DNA of 63,915 nt, filler included, from Saprolegnia diclina VS20 (lineage: Eukaryota), in NCBI RefSeq assembly GCF_000281045.1. It is 5 parts of 3 records of this genome, joined end to end, with 100 filler letters (N's around TTAATTAATTAA, not from the genome) between each part and the next. Parts side by side here need not be neighbours in the genome. Positions count along the whole stretch, not along the records: positions 35,485 to 45,588 come from NW_008246226.1; positions 45,689 to 61,503 come from NW_008246226.1; 3 more parts are not named here. One strand, 5' to 3'. Both the position numbers and the translations under genes were made by a program. The notes under the pieces were generated by a model, which searched no databases, was not told the origin of the DNA, and saw nothing but the letters and a program-made list of their open reading frames with translations. Positions 36,175 to 47,896 of the stretch are shown here, one piece after another (positions within the stretch are counted from its first letter, which is position 1; each line of letters begins with the position of its first letter).

Positions 36175-37060
36175 TACCAGAGACGCACGTAGCGCCAAAT
36201 TCCATACCAAAGAAAATGCATTGTGCACAGCCCAGCGCAAAGACGATCGACACAATACCGTGTAATGAGACCAGGTTCTAGCGTGCGATACCAACTCCCA
36301 TGACCAACTCCCACGTGCTGTAACGATTCAATCCACTCCAAGGAAAAATAATTCAAGGGAAATGTCATGCTGAGAGGTCTACCAAAATGCAGTATCGCTG
36401 AATGGCCATCATCAGAGTCGTTTTGATCCGAATCGATGCTCGATATTTATTCAACGCTTTCTCTAGAAACAAGCGCAAGCGATCGAGGTGCTCGTCGCAC
36501 GCAACACGGCCGAGGACATTTCGTTGCGGTGCGAGCCGGAATACTGCAACGAACAGCTCAAGCAACTGCAGCAGACTGCAGTTAACTGCCAAGATGGAAA
36601 CGTGCGTGAAAGTTGCGTGTAGGAAGTGCTGCACGTCGACGCCCTCGCTCAAAAAGACGAGATAATTGCGACGCTGTCTGCTGAGAAGGCAAGGCGCGCC
36701 AGCAAGCGATCGTGGATATTATCAAGGCCATGCATTTATGACCTTACCATGCAGCGTGAAGTTGCTCAGAGCCACATCCGCACGCGACGTGCTCAGGTTG
36801 TCCAACACAAAATGATGCTGTCTAAAAATACGCCATCACATATACCGGTATCTCGCTGCTCAAGCGCGACAAGGAAGTGCTGGAAAATGAAAGCAACGTT
36901 GGCACTGCACGAGCCCATAGTTATCAAGTTGAAAGATCGAACTATCGACTGATCAATTCTATCAAAGGAACAATAAATCAATTGAGCGTTCCTGTCCCAG
37001 CGGGCGCGGAAGGTACTCGTTTTTAGAGGTAACGTGTGGGCATCGACTTGACACAAACCC

Positions 37061-37197
37061 TCATGCCCGGTACAGTATCAGCTACTGGTACCGGTATGCC
37101 ACCACTGACGATTCGATAAAACTTGCTCCATACGGGGCATATCACCCAGTATAATTTATCTCCCTCGATTCATCCTTCCGGTTTCAGTACAAAACAT
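37061..37197 (+). repeat. Short repeat present three times (also about 38123-38236 and 38783-38843)
   Basis: Shared core GCATATCACCCAGTATAATTTATCTCCCTCGATTCATCCTTCCGGT. Confidence 0.85.
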
Positions 37198-38122
37198 NNN
37201 NNNNNNNNNNNNNNNNNNNNNNNNNNNNNNNNNNNNNNNNNNNNNNNNNNNNNNNNNNNNNNNNNNNNNNNNNNNNNNNNNNNNNNNNNNNNNNNNNNNN
37301 NNNNNNNNNNNNNNNNNNNNNNNNNNNNNNNNNNNNNNNNNNNNNNNNNNNNNNNNNNNNNNNNNNNNNNNNNNNNNNNNNNNNNNNNNNNNNNNNNNNN
37401 NNNNNNNNNNNNNNNNNNNNNNNNNNNNNNNNNNNNNNNNNNNNNNNNNNNNNNNNNNNNNNNNNNNNNNNNNNNNNNNNNNNNNNNNNNNNNNNNNNNN
37501 NNNNNNNNNNNNNNNNNNNNNNNNNNNNNNNNNNNNNNNNNNNNNNNNNNNNNNNNNNNNNNNNNNNNNNNNNNNNNNNNNNNNNNNNNNNNNNNNNNNN
37601 NNNNNNNNNNNNNNNNNNNNNNNNNNNNNNNNNNNNNNNNNNNNNNNNNNNNNNNNNNNNNNNNNNNNNNNNNNNNNNNNNNNNNNNNNNNNNNNNNNNN
37701 NNNNNNNNNNNNNNNNNNNNNNNNNNNNNNNNNNNNNNNNNNNNNNNNNNNNNNNNNNNNNNNNNNNNNNNNNNNNNNNNNNNNNNNNNNNNNNNNNNNN
37801 NNNNNNNNNNNNNNNNNNNNNNNNNNNNNNNNNNNNNNNNNNNNNNNNNNNNNNNNNNNNNNNNNNNNNNNNNNNNNNNNNNNNNNNNNNNNNNNNNNNN
37901 NNNNNNNNNNNNNNNNNNNNNNNNNNNNNNNNNNNNNNNNNNNNNNNNNNNNNNNNNNNNNNNNNNNNNNNNNNNNNNNNNNNNNNNNNNNNTGGTCGGC
38001 TGCGACGGCTGAACGAGCTGCAACGTCGGCAGGTTGGGCAACGGCGAGTGCGTGAGGACTTGGGTCTTGTCTCGGTTGAGCTTGAATTCCGAGAGGCTGC
38101 AGAAGTGGTCTACGAGCGCGAC

Positions 38123-38682
38123 TCATGCCCACCGGTACAGTATCAGCTGTGCCCATCACTGACGATTCGATAAAACTTGCTCCATATGGTGCATATCACC
38201 CAGTATAATTTATCTCCCTCGATTCATCCTTCCGGTATGCTCCCACGGTGTTGGGTCGCGTCGGGCAGCAAGCCTGGCAGATGCTACGCTACCTCACGCT
38301 TCGGACGCGCTGGAATCAACGATGTCGCAAGATGCACGCTCCCGACGACACGCTGCCAGAACACGTTTATCCCGTACGTCACTTTGGACTGTAGCTCGCA
38401 CCCGACGACTGTACCTCGTACGCGCATCCGATGACGGACGGCATGACAATGTACTGCCGGACGATGGACTCCAGCATGTTGAAGATCTGTTGGCCAACGA
38501 CGTTCAACACACATCTAGTACGTAGGTCTTAGTAGGTGGAGTCTTTAGTCTGTGTAAAGATTTCAAGAAAAAAAGAAAAAAAAAGAAAAAAAAACGCGTC
38601 ATGCGACCTTGTCGTAGTGGTCGCCGGGCATAGGGAGCGCCAGTGTTCCTGTGTTTCTAGCGCTACTTGGGACCTTAACCCG
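38123..38682 (+). repeat. Composite repeat: 37061-type segment fused to the 35722-type segment
   Basis: Junction ...CCTTCCGGTAT/GCTCCCACGG at about 38238. Confidence 0.8.
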
Positions 38683-39508
38683 NNNNNNNNNNNNNNNNNN
38701 NNNNNNNNNNNNNNNNNNNNNNNNNNNNNNNNNNNNNNNNNNNNNNNNNNNNNNNNNNNNNNNNNNNNNNNNNNNNNNNNNNGCATATCACCCAGTATAA
38801 TTTATCTCCCTCGATTCATCCTTCCGGTTTCAGTACAAAACATCGAGGCTAGAACGCTTGCTTGATGAAAGCATCTTGCCAAGCTGGGCAGGTATCGCTG
38901 AACCATTGACGGCAAAAGCACCAGGAGGTCGGAGGTTGCTTCTCCACTGTCACACGATGCACCAGTTCTTTGCACGCGATTGCAAGCCAACTTGAATCAC
39001 GTCAGCACTTTCGCTGGAGTGTGCGCATCGTAACAGAGCCATGTTTGCAGGAGCCCGACGAGCCGACGAGCTGAGCCGACTCGGCCAGAACACAACCGGT
39101 TTGAATGTGAGCACGCCGGCTTCCCGGCGACACCACACCACCCGCAAGCTTCACAATGAACCACGCTTTGTCGTACTAGACGGAACAGCTGGTACACCGC
39201 AGCCCCACATTCCTCACACATTGTCTGGATGTTTGGATCCTCGTTCGAGCTGATTGATATGAAAATCCACACGTTGTGTAGCGGAACAGATGAGCGGAAC
39301 GTCATGAGCAGAGCTCTGAAACGACGCATCTTTCTTGCCTCGTAGAGTCCGCCGTCGCCCGACCGTACAGTGTATTGACGAAGTGATCGTGTCTGCCAGC
39401 TGTGTGTGCAATGCACTGGAACCAAGCCAGCCTGCAATCCCATACAAAAAGTGGTCAGCAGCTTGCCACGTGCGTTGAAGTGCAAACATCACATTGCATT
39501 TTGCCAGC

Positions 39509-41368
39509 ATGGGGGCTGAACAGAGCTCCTTCAAGGATCTACCGGCGGCGAAGCCTGCGCCCGAGCCCATGCCGATCCTCAACCCGGACCAAGTGCTCAT
39601 CGCGCAGCTCAAGCACGAGCTGGAGCAGATCAAGGCCAAGTACGAGGAGGAAACGCTTGCCCACGCCTCCGAAGTCAAGGACCTCACACTCCAGCACGAG
39701 CTCGAGCTCGAGCTCTACGCTGCCCAAATTGCGGAAGCTCGGCGCTTGGGCGGCGTGGCAGCTGCCGACAGCGACGCCACCGTACAGCGCTTCGCCGAGG
39801 AGCGCGCGACGCATCTCATGCAGCAGCGCCTCAACTCGATCACGGAAGTCGACGATCTCAAGTTCGAGCACATCACAGGTCCCCTCGGCTTCGAGAAGCG
39901 CGACTTTCCGTTCGCGGAGCTCAAGCCCGGCCGCATCCATGACGGGACGCTTGTGCTGCGCATCCAGCTCGTCGATGGCTTCAAAGGCAACAAGGACGTT
40001 CTGGAGCGCTTCAAGAAGACGCTAGCCATCATGCAAGCGTACGTCCTACTGCTACTGTAGCTTCATTGCACTGACTCCATGTCTTGTAGGCTCAACGGCG
40101 GCGACGGCACGCTCCTGCGCCTCATCGGCGCCTGCAACATCAACTCGGACGACCCGATCGCGTACGTCGAGTACGTCACGGGCATGCCCCTCAGTGAGTA
40201 CCTCATGAACAAGCAAAACGCGACGTGGGCCGAGAAGCTCTGGATCGCGTCGCAAGTCGCCAAGGCCATTGTCCATATTCACAACCTCGCCGTCATGCAC
40301 CGCGACGTCTCGTGGTCCCGCGTCTTTGTCGATGCGACTGGCAACGTCAAGGTCTTTGCCGGCCTCAAGATGCGCCAAGTCCAGGCGTACGAGTCGTACC
40401 TCACCGCTGGTATCACGGAAGCTCGGTGGGGCGCCCCCGAGACTCTGGCAAAGACCGAGGACAGCGACGACAGTGGCGCCACGACGTACACGGACAAGAT
40501 CGACATTTTCGGACTTGGTCTCATTCTGATCTCGCTCGTCACCCGTGACCTCCCGTTCACGCACGTCATGAGGACCACTGGGCGGGCGGATAGCCCCATC
40601 GATGACAACCTTGTCGCTGCCCGGCTTAAAGATCCTGTGGAGGCAATCAAAATGCTCGCGGAGCCGTTCGACGTCGACTATGCATGCCCGTCTGAAGAGT
40701 ACAAGACACTCGCACTCGCGTGCATCCGGTACGACCCCGAGCGTCGGCCGACGGCGCCCGAAGTCGTCCGCCGGCTCGAGACGATCCGCCAAGCGTACAG
40801 CGGAGGGACCATCCAGACGCCCGACCACGCCAAGGTCGACCTGACGATCGAGCTCCTCAAGATGTCCGGCGTGCAGAGCCCAAGTGCGTTTGGGTCGCCG
40901 TTCGACGTTTGGTGCGAAATCAAGATCGACGACGAGAAGCACGACGCGATCGTGCTCCCGTCCATTACTGGCAACGTCACGCACGTTTTCCGGCAGTTCG
41001 AGACGCTGAAGGACATTGAGCCGCTCGCGCATACGGTCGAGTTCACCCTCAAGACGAAGCACTTGTTGCGCACCAAGACGATCGGCAAGATCTCGATCCT
41101 GCTCATGAACCTTCTTACGCTCGGAGGCAAAGAGTTGACCTTGACGGCGCGCCGGATGAGAAAGGTACACATCTTCAAGGACGGTGACATCGTTGGCTCC
41201 TTGGAGATTGCCGTCACGTTTGGCGAGCGTCTCCGCGGGTACCTTGAGCTCTTTGAGCAGCAGACGACCGTGTTTTTGCGCAACACCGATGAAGACGAGT
41301 CGTTGGCGGTCGATCTCCGCAAGAAGCGCGACTTGGCCGTCAAGGTATTGCTGAGCGGTGCGCCGTAG
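39509..41368 (+). CDS. Putatively myristoylated coiled-coil + pseudokinase + C2 protein (PK-C2 copy 1, intact); intron 40039-40089
   Basis: Starts MGAEQSS. No GxGxxG; LVLR replaces VAxK; HRDVSWSR; KVFAGL replaces DFG; RWGAPE, DIFGLG and RRPTA are retained; C-terminal C2-like beta domain. Confidence 0.85.
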
Positions 41369-41586
41369 TTTGCACATCTGTGATTCGTATCAACTTGATA
41401 AAAAGATCGTACACTCGATGGCTTCGGCGCCAAAACGGAACATGGGGCGACCACAAAAGTTGCCAAAGGGGTATCTACCTGTACTAAAAGGCGCTGGTTT
41501 AGCAACCATGAATAACATATTCTTCGTACCAAAAAAATCAACTATAAATTTCCAATCGTATCAAGTTGAAACACAGAAAGATACTG

Positions 41587-43364
41587 CTACGGCGCATCGC
41601 GCAAGAGCGCTTGCGCCACCACGTTGCGCTTCTCGTGTACGTCCGCCGTAACGTCAATGGCATTGGCAATATGCGCTTCGTAGTCCTCGAGGCGCTCTCG
41701 GAGCTGACCCCGAAACGCCACCGAGAGAGCCACTTTGCCGATCGTGTCGCCGTCCTTGCCGTAGCCATAAATGTCGCAGACCTTTTCCCGGGGCGCCGAG
41801 AGACTGCGCGGATTGTTCTCAGCTTTCAGAAACTCAACGAGCGGGATCGTGGCCTTCCCGACATGACGGCCCCCAAAGCTCGTCCCGAATGGGGCGATGT
41901 CGTAGCCAGGCGTCTTGAAAATGAGTTGCAGCGTCCAATCGACCGGGTCAATGTTGTCGAACGTTGTCTCTGAATCAAAAATGTGCGACTTTGTTCCTTC
42001 CTTCTTGTTCGAGAACTTGACGGGCTTGCGGCTTGCGTCGTCGACGCTGACCACGCACTCGAGCGCGTACGCGTCGCCAAACGTGGGCTCAAACGTCATG
42101 GCGAATGTGTTGTGCACGGCCACAGCAAGATGGACCGTCGCATCGCTCTTCGTCACGGACAATGGACCACCGTACGACAGCAGCATGGCTTCAAGGCGGC
42201 GGACAACTTCGGGTGCCGTGGGCCGACGTTCCGGGTCCAGCTGGATGCAAGCAAGCGCGAGGTTGTTGTACTCGTCGGACGGAGAGTCCCCAAAGTCGCT
42301 CGTCACAAGCTCTTGGGCACGCTTCGGGTCTTGAAACCACCGGCAAAGCAAGTCGTCGTCGAGATGCTTGCCCTTGGGCGTCAACACATGCATAAAGGGG
42401 AGGTCGCGCGTGACGAAAGCGATGAGGAGCAACCCGAGGCCAAAGATGTCGATCTTGTCATCGTACGATACGGCGTCGGTCGTTGCAAGTGTTTCGGGAG
42501 CGCTCCACCGCGCCTCCGTCACATTGTTGGTCATATGTTGGTTTTGGTTCCGTATCGCGCATTTTGAGACCGGGAAATACCTTGACGTGACCGGTTGCAT
42601 CCACGTAGACACACAGCCACGAGAGGTCACGGTGCATCACGGCGAGGTTGTGCATGTGGGCGATCGCCGTGGCGACTTGGACCGCAATGTGGAGCTTCTC
42701 GGACCACGATGCATCGGTTTTGGAGCACAAGTAGCGCTGGAGGGTCATGCCCGTCACATACTCGACGTACGCGACCGGGTCGTTCGATTCGAGTTGATTG
42801 GCACCGAAAATGCGCAAGAGCGAGCCGCCGCCGCCTCGGAGTCTACGAATTAGATATGAGACCGGGCTAGTCCTTCTCGACTATGTAAGGAAATACGCTT
42901 GCATAATGGCCATGGTTTGCTTGAAGCGCAAGACGACCTTTGCGTCCTTTTGGAATGCGGGCTTGAGCTGGATGCGCAGCGCGAGGTCGCCGCTTTGAAG
43001 CCGGCCTGGCGTAAGGACTGCGAACGGAAATTCTTTCTGCAGCAACAAGCCGGCTCCCTCGAGGCTTTCGAAAGAAGCGGGGTCGATATGCGGCACAGAG
43101 CTGAGGCGCAGGTGCATAAGAACCATTGCGCGCGCGTTGGAGGCTGGCATGGGCCGCGGTGGTGACGTCCCGAATCCGCTGGAGCGCTTCACGATGGTCG
43201 CGAACCAAGCGAGCCTTGTCCTCGCGTTCGTGCTTGAGCTGAGTCTCAAGCTGTGCGATGCGCTGCTCGGCCGTGAGCTCTGGGACGAGCAACTCGACCT
43301 CGGTTGCGTTCGTGTTGACGTCAACCGGCGTATTGATGATGAGCGCACTCAAGTTGCCGCCCAT
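41587..43364 (-). pseudogene. PK-C2 copy 2 with two frameshifts (about 43140 and about 42550); intron 42843-42896
   Basis: Starts MGGNLS and is homologous to copy 1 across successive frames. The KMR-to-TEARW spacing is 37 nt versus 39 nt in copy 1. Confidence 0.75.
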
Positions 43365-43367
43365 CGT

Positions 43368-43384
43368 GCAAAAGGAGAAATGAG
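43368..43384 (-). promoter_or_regulatory. Oomycete Inr/FPR core promoter of PK-C2 copy 2
   Basis: The minus strand reads CTCATTTCTCCTTTTGC immediately before the ATG; a similar CACATTGCATTTTGC precedes copy 1 (about 39490-39504). Confidence 0.6.
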
Positions 43385-43930
43385 GAGATGCGTCCGAGCG
43401 CGAGGTGCCGTGCGCAGGTAATATTTACGTGATACTTGATACTCCCGTTGATATGTCGCGTAGCATTTGATAGTATATAACACGTAGTAAGTAATCCATA
43501 CCCGATACACTGTATTGCATTTGATTATTTTGATCCAGTGGATACATTGCACATCAGGTTGGATCCTATTCACTGGTCACACCTCTCATACTGGAGTCGG
43601 CCGTAGCCTGATAAGACTGCACCCACCCACACACCCACACCAAACCACATGTCTCGAATTCTATCAAGTTGATACAGTCGCAAGAGTTTCATGGGCGGCG
43701 AGCGCGGAGCGTGACCTTGCCGCCCACAGTTTCGCCCGTGACGCCGTTGGCTCGCTGGCCAAAAACAACAAAATCCAAAACGACTGCGCATGCTCATCAA
43801 CAGAACTCCACGATTCTCTCCAAACGAAAAACACTGGCGCAGAAGGTAAGCATCCTCCTTTTTAGAGGTTATGTGTGCACTTGAACTTGATACAAACGCC
43901 CATGCCCATCACTGACGACATGATAATAAG

Positions 43931-44916
43931 CATCTCACCGTTGGTATCATGGAAGCTCGGTGGGCGCCCCCGAGACTCTGGCAAAGCCGGACAGCGTCGA
44001 CAAGAGCGACGACGGCGCCACGACGTATACGGACAAGATCGACATCTTTGGCCTCGGGCAGATTCTCATCTCGCTCGTGACGCGCGATGTCCCGTTCGGA
44101 TACGTCATGAGGACCACTGGGCGGGCGGATAGCCCCATCGATGACAACCTTGTCGCTGCCCGGCTTAAAGATCCTGTGGAGGCAATCAAAATGCTCGCGG
44201 AGCCGTTCGACGTCGACTATGCATGCCCGTCGGAAGAGTACGAGACACTCGCGCTTGAGTGCATCACGTACGACCCAGAACGCCGGCCTACGGCGCCCGA
44301 AGTCGTCCGCCGGCTCGAGACCATCCGCCAAGCGTACGGCGGCGCTGGCTTTACGACGCCCGATCTTGCCAAGGTCGACCTCACGGAACCACCGGTCAAG
44401 ACATCGGGCGTCCTCTACGTACCAAGTTTCGGGACCTCGCACGACATTTGGTGCGAGATCAACGTCGACGACACGAAGCGCACGCCGGTCAAGAGCTCCG
44501 TCGCGACCGGCGGCGCGTTGCATCGTTTTATGCCTGTGTCGACGACGATTGCCAACATTGAGCCGCTCTCGCACACTCTCGAAGTCCTCATCAAGACCCA
44601 GGTTTTGCTTTTCCCCAAGACGATCGGAAAGGTCTCGATTCCGCTCAGCGAGCTCCTCACACTGGAAGGCGACGACAAAAGCTTGACGGCGGTGCGGACG
44701 AAGCAGGGCCCGATCGTCCATGAAGGCGACAACATTGGTACCTTGGAGTTCCGGATGGTGTTTGGACCGCAGATTCGCGGGTACCTCGAAGTCTTTGAGC
44801 GGGAGACGACCGAGTTCCTGAAAAAGGCCATTGCCGGGCCGAAGACGCTCGATCTCTCCAAGAAGCGCGACGTGGCGGCCGCGGCGTTGCTGGCCAGTAC
44901 GCCCAAGACCCCGTAG
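43931..44916 (+). pseudogene. PK-C2 copy 3, 5'-truncated (kinase C-lobe + C2 only)
   Basis: Homology to copy 1 begins abruptly at about 43931, with a 1-nt deletion in the RWGAPE codons. The downstream frame is open to 44916. Confidence 0.75.
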
Positions 44917-45019
44917 CTGTACATAATGTGGTGTGTATTACCAAGTTGATACTAATATGAAGTTGCGCTAGCTAGCGGCAATGAACTCTTTAAGTAGCAA
45001 GCGACGCCAAACGGCATTG

Positions 45020-45305
45020 CACTGCTTGCGCATATGGCCGAGATCGTCCTCAAGATCGCATCGCCGTTGCTGTGCACCAAGACGATCGGCAAGATCTCGA
45101 TCCCGCTCATGAACCGTCTCACGCTCGAAGACAAAGAGTCGTCGTTGACGGCGTTGCGCAAGACGACGTTGGTGACTCCTTGGCTATCGCCTCCGCGGCT
45201 ACCTCGAGCTTTATGGGCGGCAGACGACTGCGCCCTTGCGCAACACCGACGACGGTCGATCTCCGCGACTTGGCCGCCGCAGCGTCGCTGAGCGGTCGCG
45301 ATGGT
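45020..45305 (+). pseudogene. PK-C2 copy 4, decayed C2/C-terminal fragment
   Basis: LLCTKTIGKISIPLMNRLTL matches copy 1 LLRTKTIGKISILLMNLLTL; followed by deletions and frameshifts. Confidence 0.75.
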
Positions 45306-47896
45306 TTGCCTGTGATTTTTGTATCAAGTTGATAGTTCGAAACCTTGCATTTCTACTACAATTGTATGTACATGTACTCGAGTCGCACTTCAAGGTTCAC
45401 CACCAGACAATATGCGTTTGTGCAGCGAGTACTCACTTGTGAAATGTCTGCTTGCATCGACTAGAGGCGACGTCAAGGAAGCATGCGACCTCCCCTCCGT
45501 ACTACCTCTAACATCGTGCGCCAAAGTCGCGGTCAATTTACTGTGGCATGCCATTGCATATGAACAAGGAACGAGGTGCACAGACCGCNNNNNNNNNNNN
45601 NNNNNNNNNNNNNNNNNNNNNNNNNNNNNNNNTTAATTAATTAANNNNNNNNNNNNNNNNNNNNNNNNNNNNNNNNNNNNNNNNNNNNGGGGACGACGTG
45701 CACCCGCGTCGTGGGCATCGCCTTTCCCGATGGATTTATTACGACTAAAAATACGACAACTATGATTAGTACTGGTCGATTGAACGCAGAGCATCAATGG
45801 CGAGGGGTATGGTGTTTTCAGCCTCCGGCTTGTCGCGACGACATTAGCCGTGCATTTGTATGTATTAGAGAGTTTGCGAAATTTCCTATTATCGTTGAAA
45901 ATTATACTTCGCGGGATAATAGGAATCTGACTAGATAATTTGCGTTTGCGAAATCTGCGACCCAAAAAAATTATACTACCGCAGGGTATGCATTCGGCGA
46001 GAGGTTCGGGTCGCGAGCCACTCGTTCGCGCTGGTGCATGCGACCGCGGAAGCGCGCGGACATGGACAGTCGCGTGGAGCGCTCATGTTTCGTGTGATGC
46101 GATCAACCCATCTACTATCAGGTTTCCGACTCAATAACTCCTCTAGCGCCTCCTCGTTGTCGCCCACGCAACCGGGATCGTGCGTGGGCGCTCCTCCTCG
46201 CCTGGCGACGCGCCTCGAAGCGCAGAGACCGCTGCGCGGAAACAAGGCGCCGAGTATGTTCACGGGCCAGATGCGCAACTTCCTCTACCTCTAGATGATG
46301 TCGGTGGTGCCCGCAAGCGACCGCTGAGGCGATGGCACGGCCCGCGCTCTGGACGTCCTTCGTTGTCGGCCCTGCAACGCAAATTGGCAATTGAAAGCGT
46401 CGGTGCCTGGTTGGTTGAAACGCCTCCTATTTCATCCAATGGGCATCACTGGCCTTTTTTCTGTCAGAGCTTATTTATTGGCCGTCGTGTCCGATATCAA
46501 TTCCCACAAATATCTCACTTTGACAGGTTTTTTGGAGTTATTATCGAAGGCCTCCGGAGGCCGTATTTAGTATCGAATTCTATTATCGAATATTCTTTTT
46601 CACAGTGACCTCTGAGACTCGATCGAGATAATATAATTTTTTCGATAATTTTGAAAATCGCAAACTCACTATTATCCGGATTTTTCGATGGGAGGGTGGC
46701 CGCGGGCAACAAAAGTTCAGTGGTCCCAGCTATAGCGCCAACTAGGATGGTTTCAATACCNNNNNNNNNNNNNNNNNNNNNNNNNNNNNNNNNNNNNNNN
46801 NNNNNNNNNNNNNNNNNNNNNNNNNNNNNNNNNNNNNNNNNNNNNNNNNNNNNNNNNNNNNNNNNNNNNNNNNNNNNNNNNNNNNNNNNNNNNNNNNNNN
46901 NNNNNNNNNNNNNNNNNNNNNNNNNNNNNNNNNNNNNNNNNNNNNNNNNNNNNNNNNNNNNNNNNNNNNNNNNNNNNNNNNNNNNNNNNNNNNNNNNNNN
47001 NNNNNNNNNNNNNNNNNNNNNNNNNNNNNNNNNNNNNNNNNNNNNNNNNNNNNNNNNNNNNNNNNNNNNNNNNNNNNNNNNNNNNNNNNNNNNNNNNNNN
47101 NNNNNNNNNNNNNNNNNNNNNNNNNNNNNNNNNNNNNNNNNNNNNNNNNNNNNNNNNNNNNNNNNNNNNNNNNNNNNNNNNNNNNNNNNNNNNNNNNNNN
47201 NNNNNNNNNNNNNNNNNNNNNNNNNNNNNNNNNNNNNNNNNNNNNNNNNNNNNNNNNNNNNNNNNNNNNNNNNNNNNNNNNNNNNNNNNNNNNNNNNNNN
47301 NNNNNNNNNNNNNNNNNNNNNNNNNNNNNNNNNNNNNNNNNNNNNNNNNNNNNNNNNNNNNNNNNNNNNNNNNNNNNNNNNNNNNNNNNNNNNNNNNNNN
47401 NNNNNNNNNNNNNNNNNNNNNNNNNNNNNNNNNNNNAAGCTGACGCGCGCCGAGATCGCAGCCAAAGCTCGCGCCCACCACCAGGCCAACACCATGTTAT
47501 ATGCCCTACGGCGCTCGTCGTTGAAGCACTCGCGGTCGTCGACGAGCTGCTCGATTGCTACACTACTACTACTTTGACGTGGCGCTGGTTCATGAGGCGT
47601 CGCCAACGTTCTTCACAAGCTAGCCCCTCGATCCCGCAACGCAATGAACGGTGGTCAGTCTATTATATCCTCTCAACCATCGGGCGATATCGCTGCGAGT
47701 TGAAGGACAACTTGTTTGGGACAATTGGCTTACTTGGTGTTCCCGCTCAAGTGAACCGGTTCATGCTTCAACTTGAAAAGTGGGATTCCGTGCGCGGTCG
47801 AGTCGTCTTCAGATCAAAGCGCCAAACGGCTCTGCTCGTTCCACAACGACCAAGCAACCACGGCGGTTTTCAGTGATCTAAATTGGCACATGTGCG

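Noticed and set aside
37123..38159. Long ORFs spanning N runs (also 46515-47606)
   Set aside because: Open only because of gaps.
41388..45334. Palindromic repeats interpreted as a CRISPR array
   Set aside because: Only 13 bp, irregular spacing up to kilobases, eukaryotic context and no cas genes.
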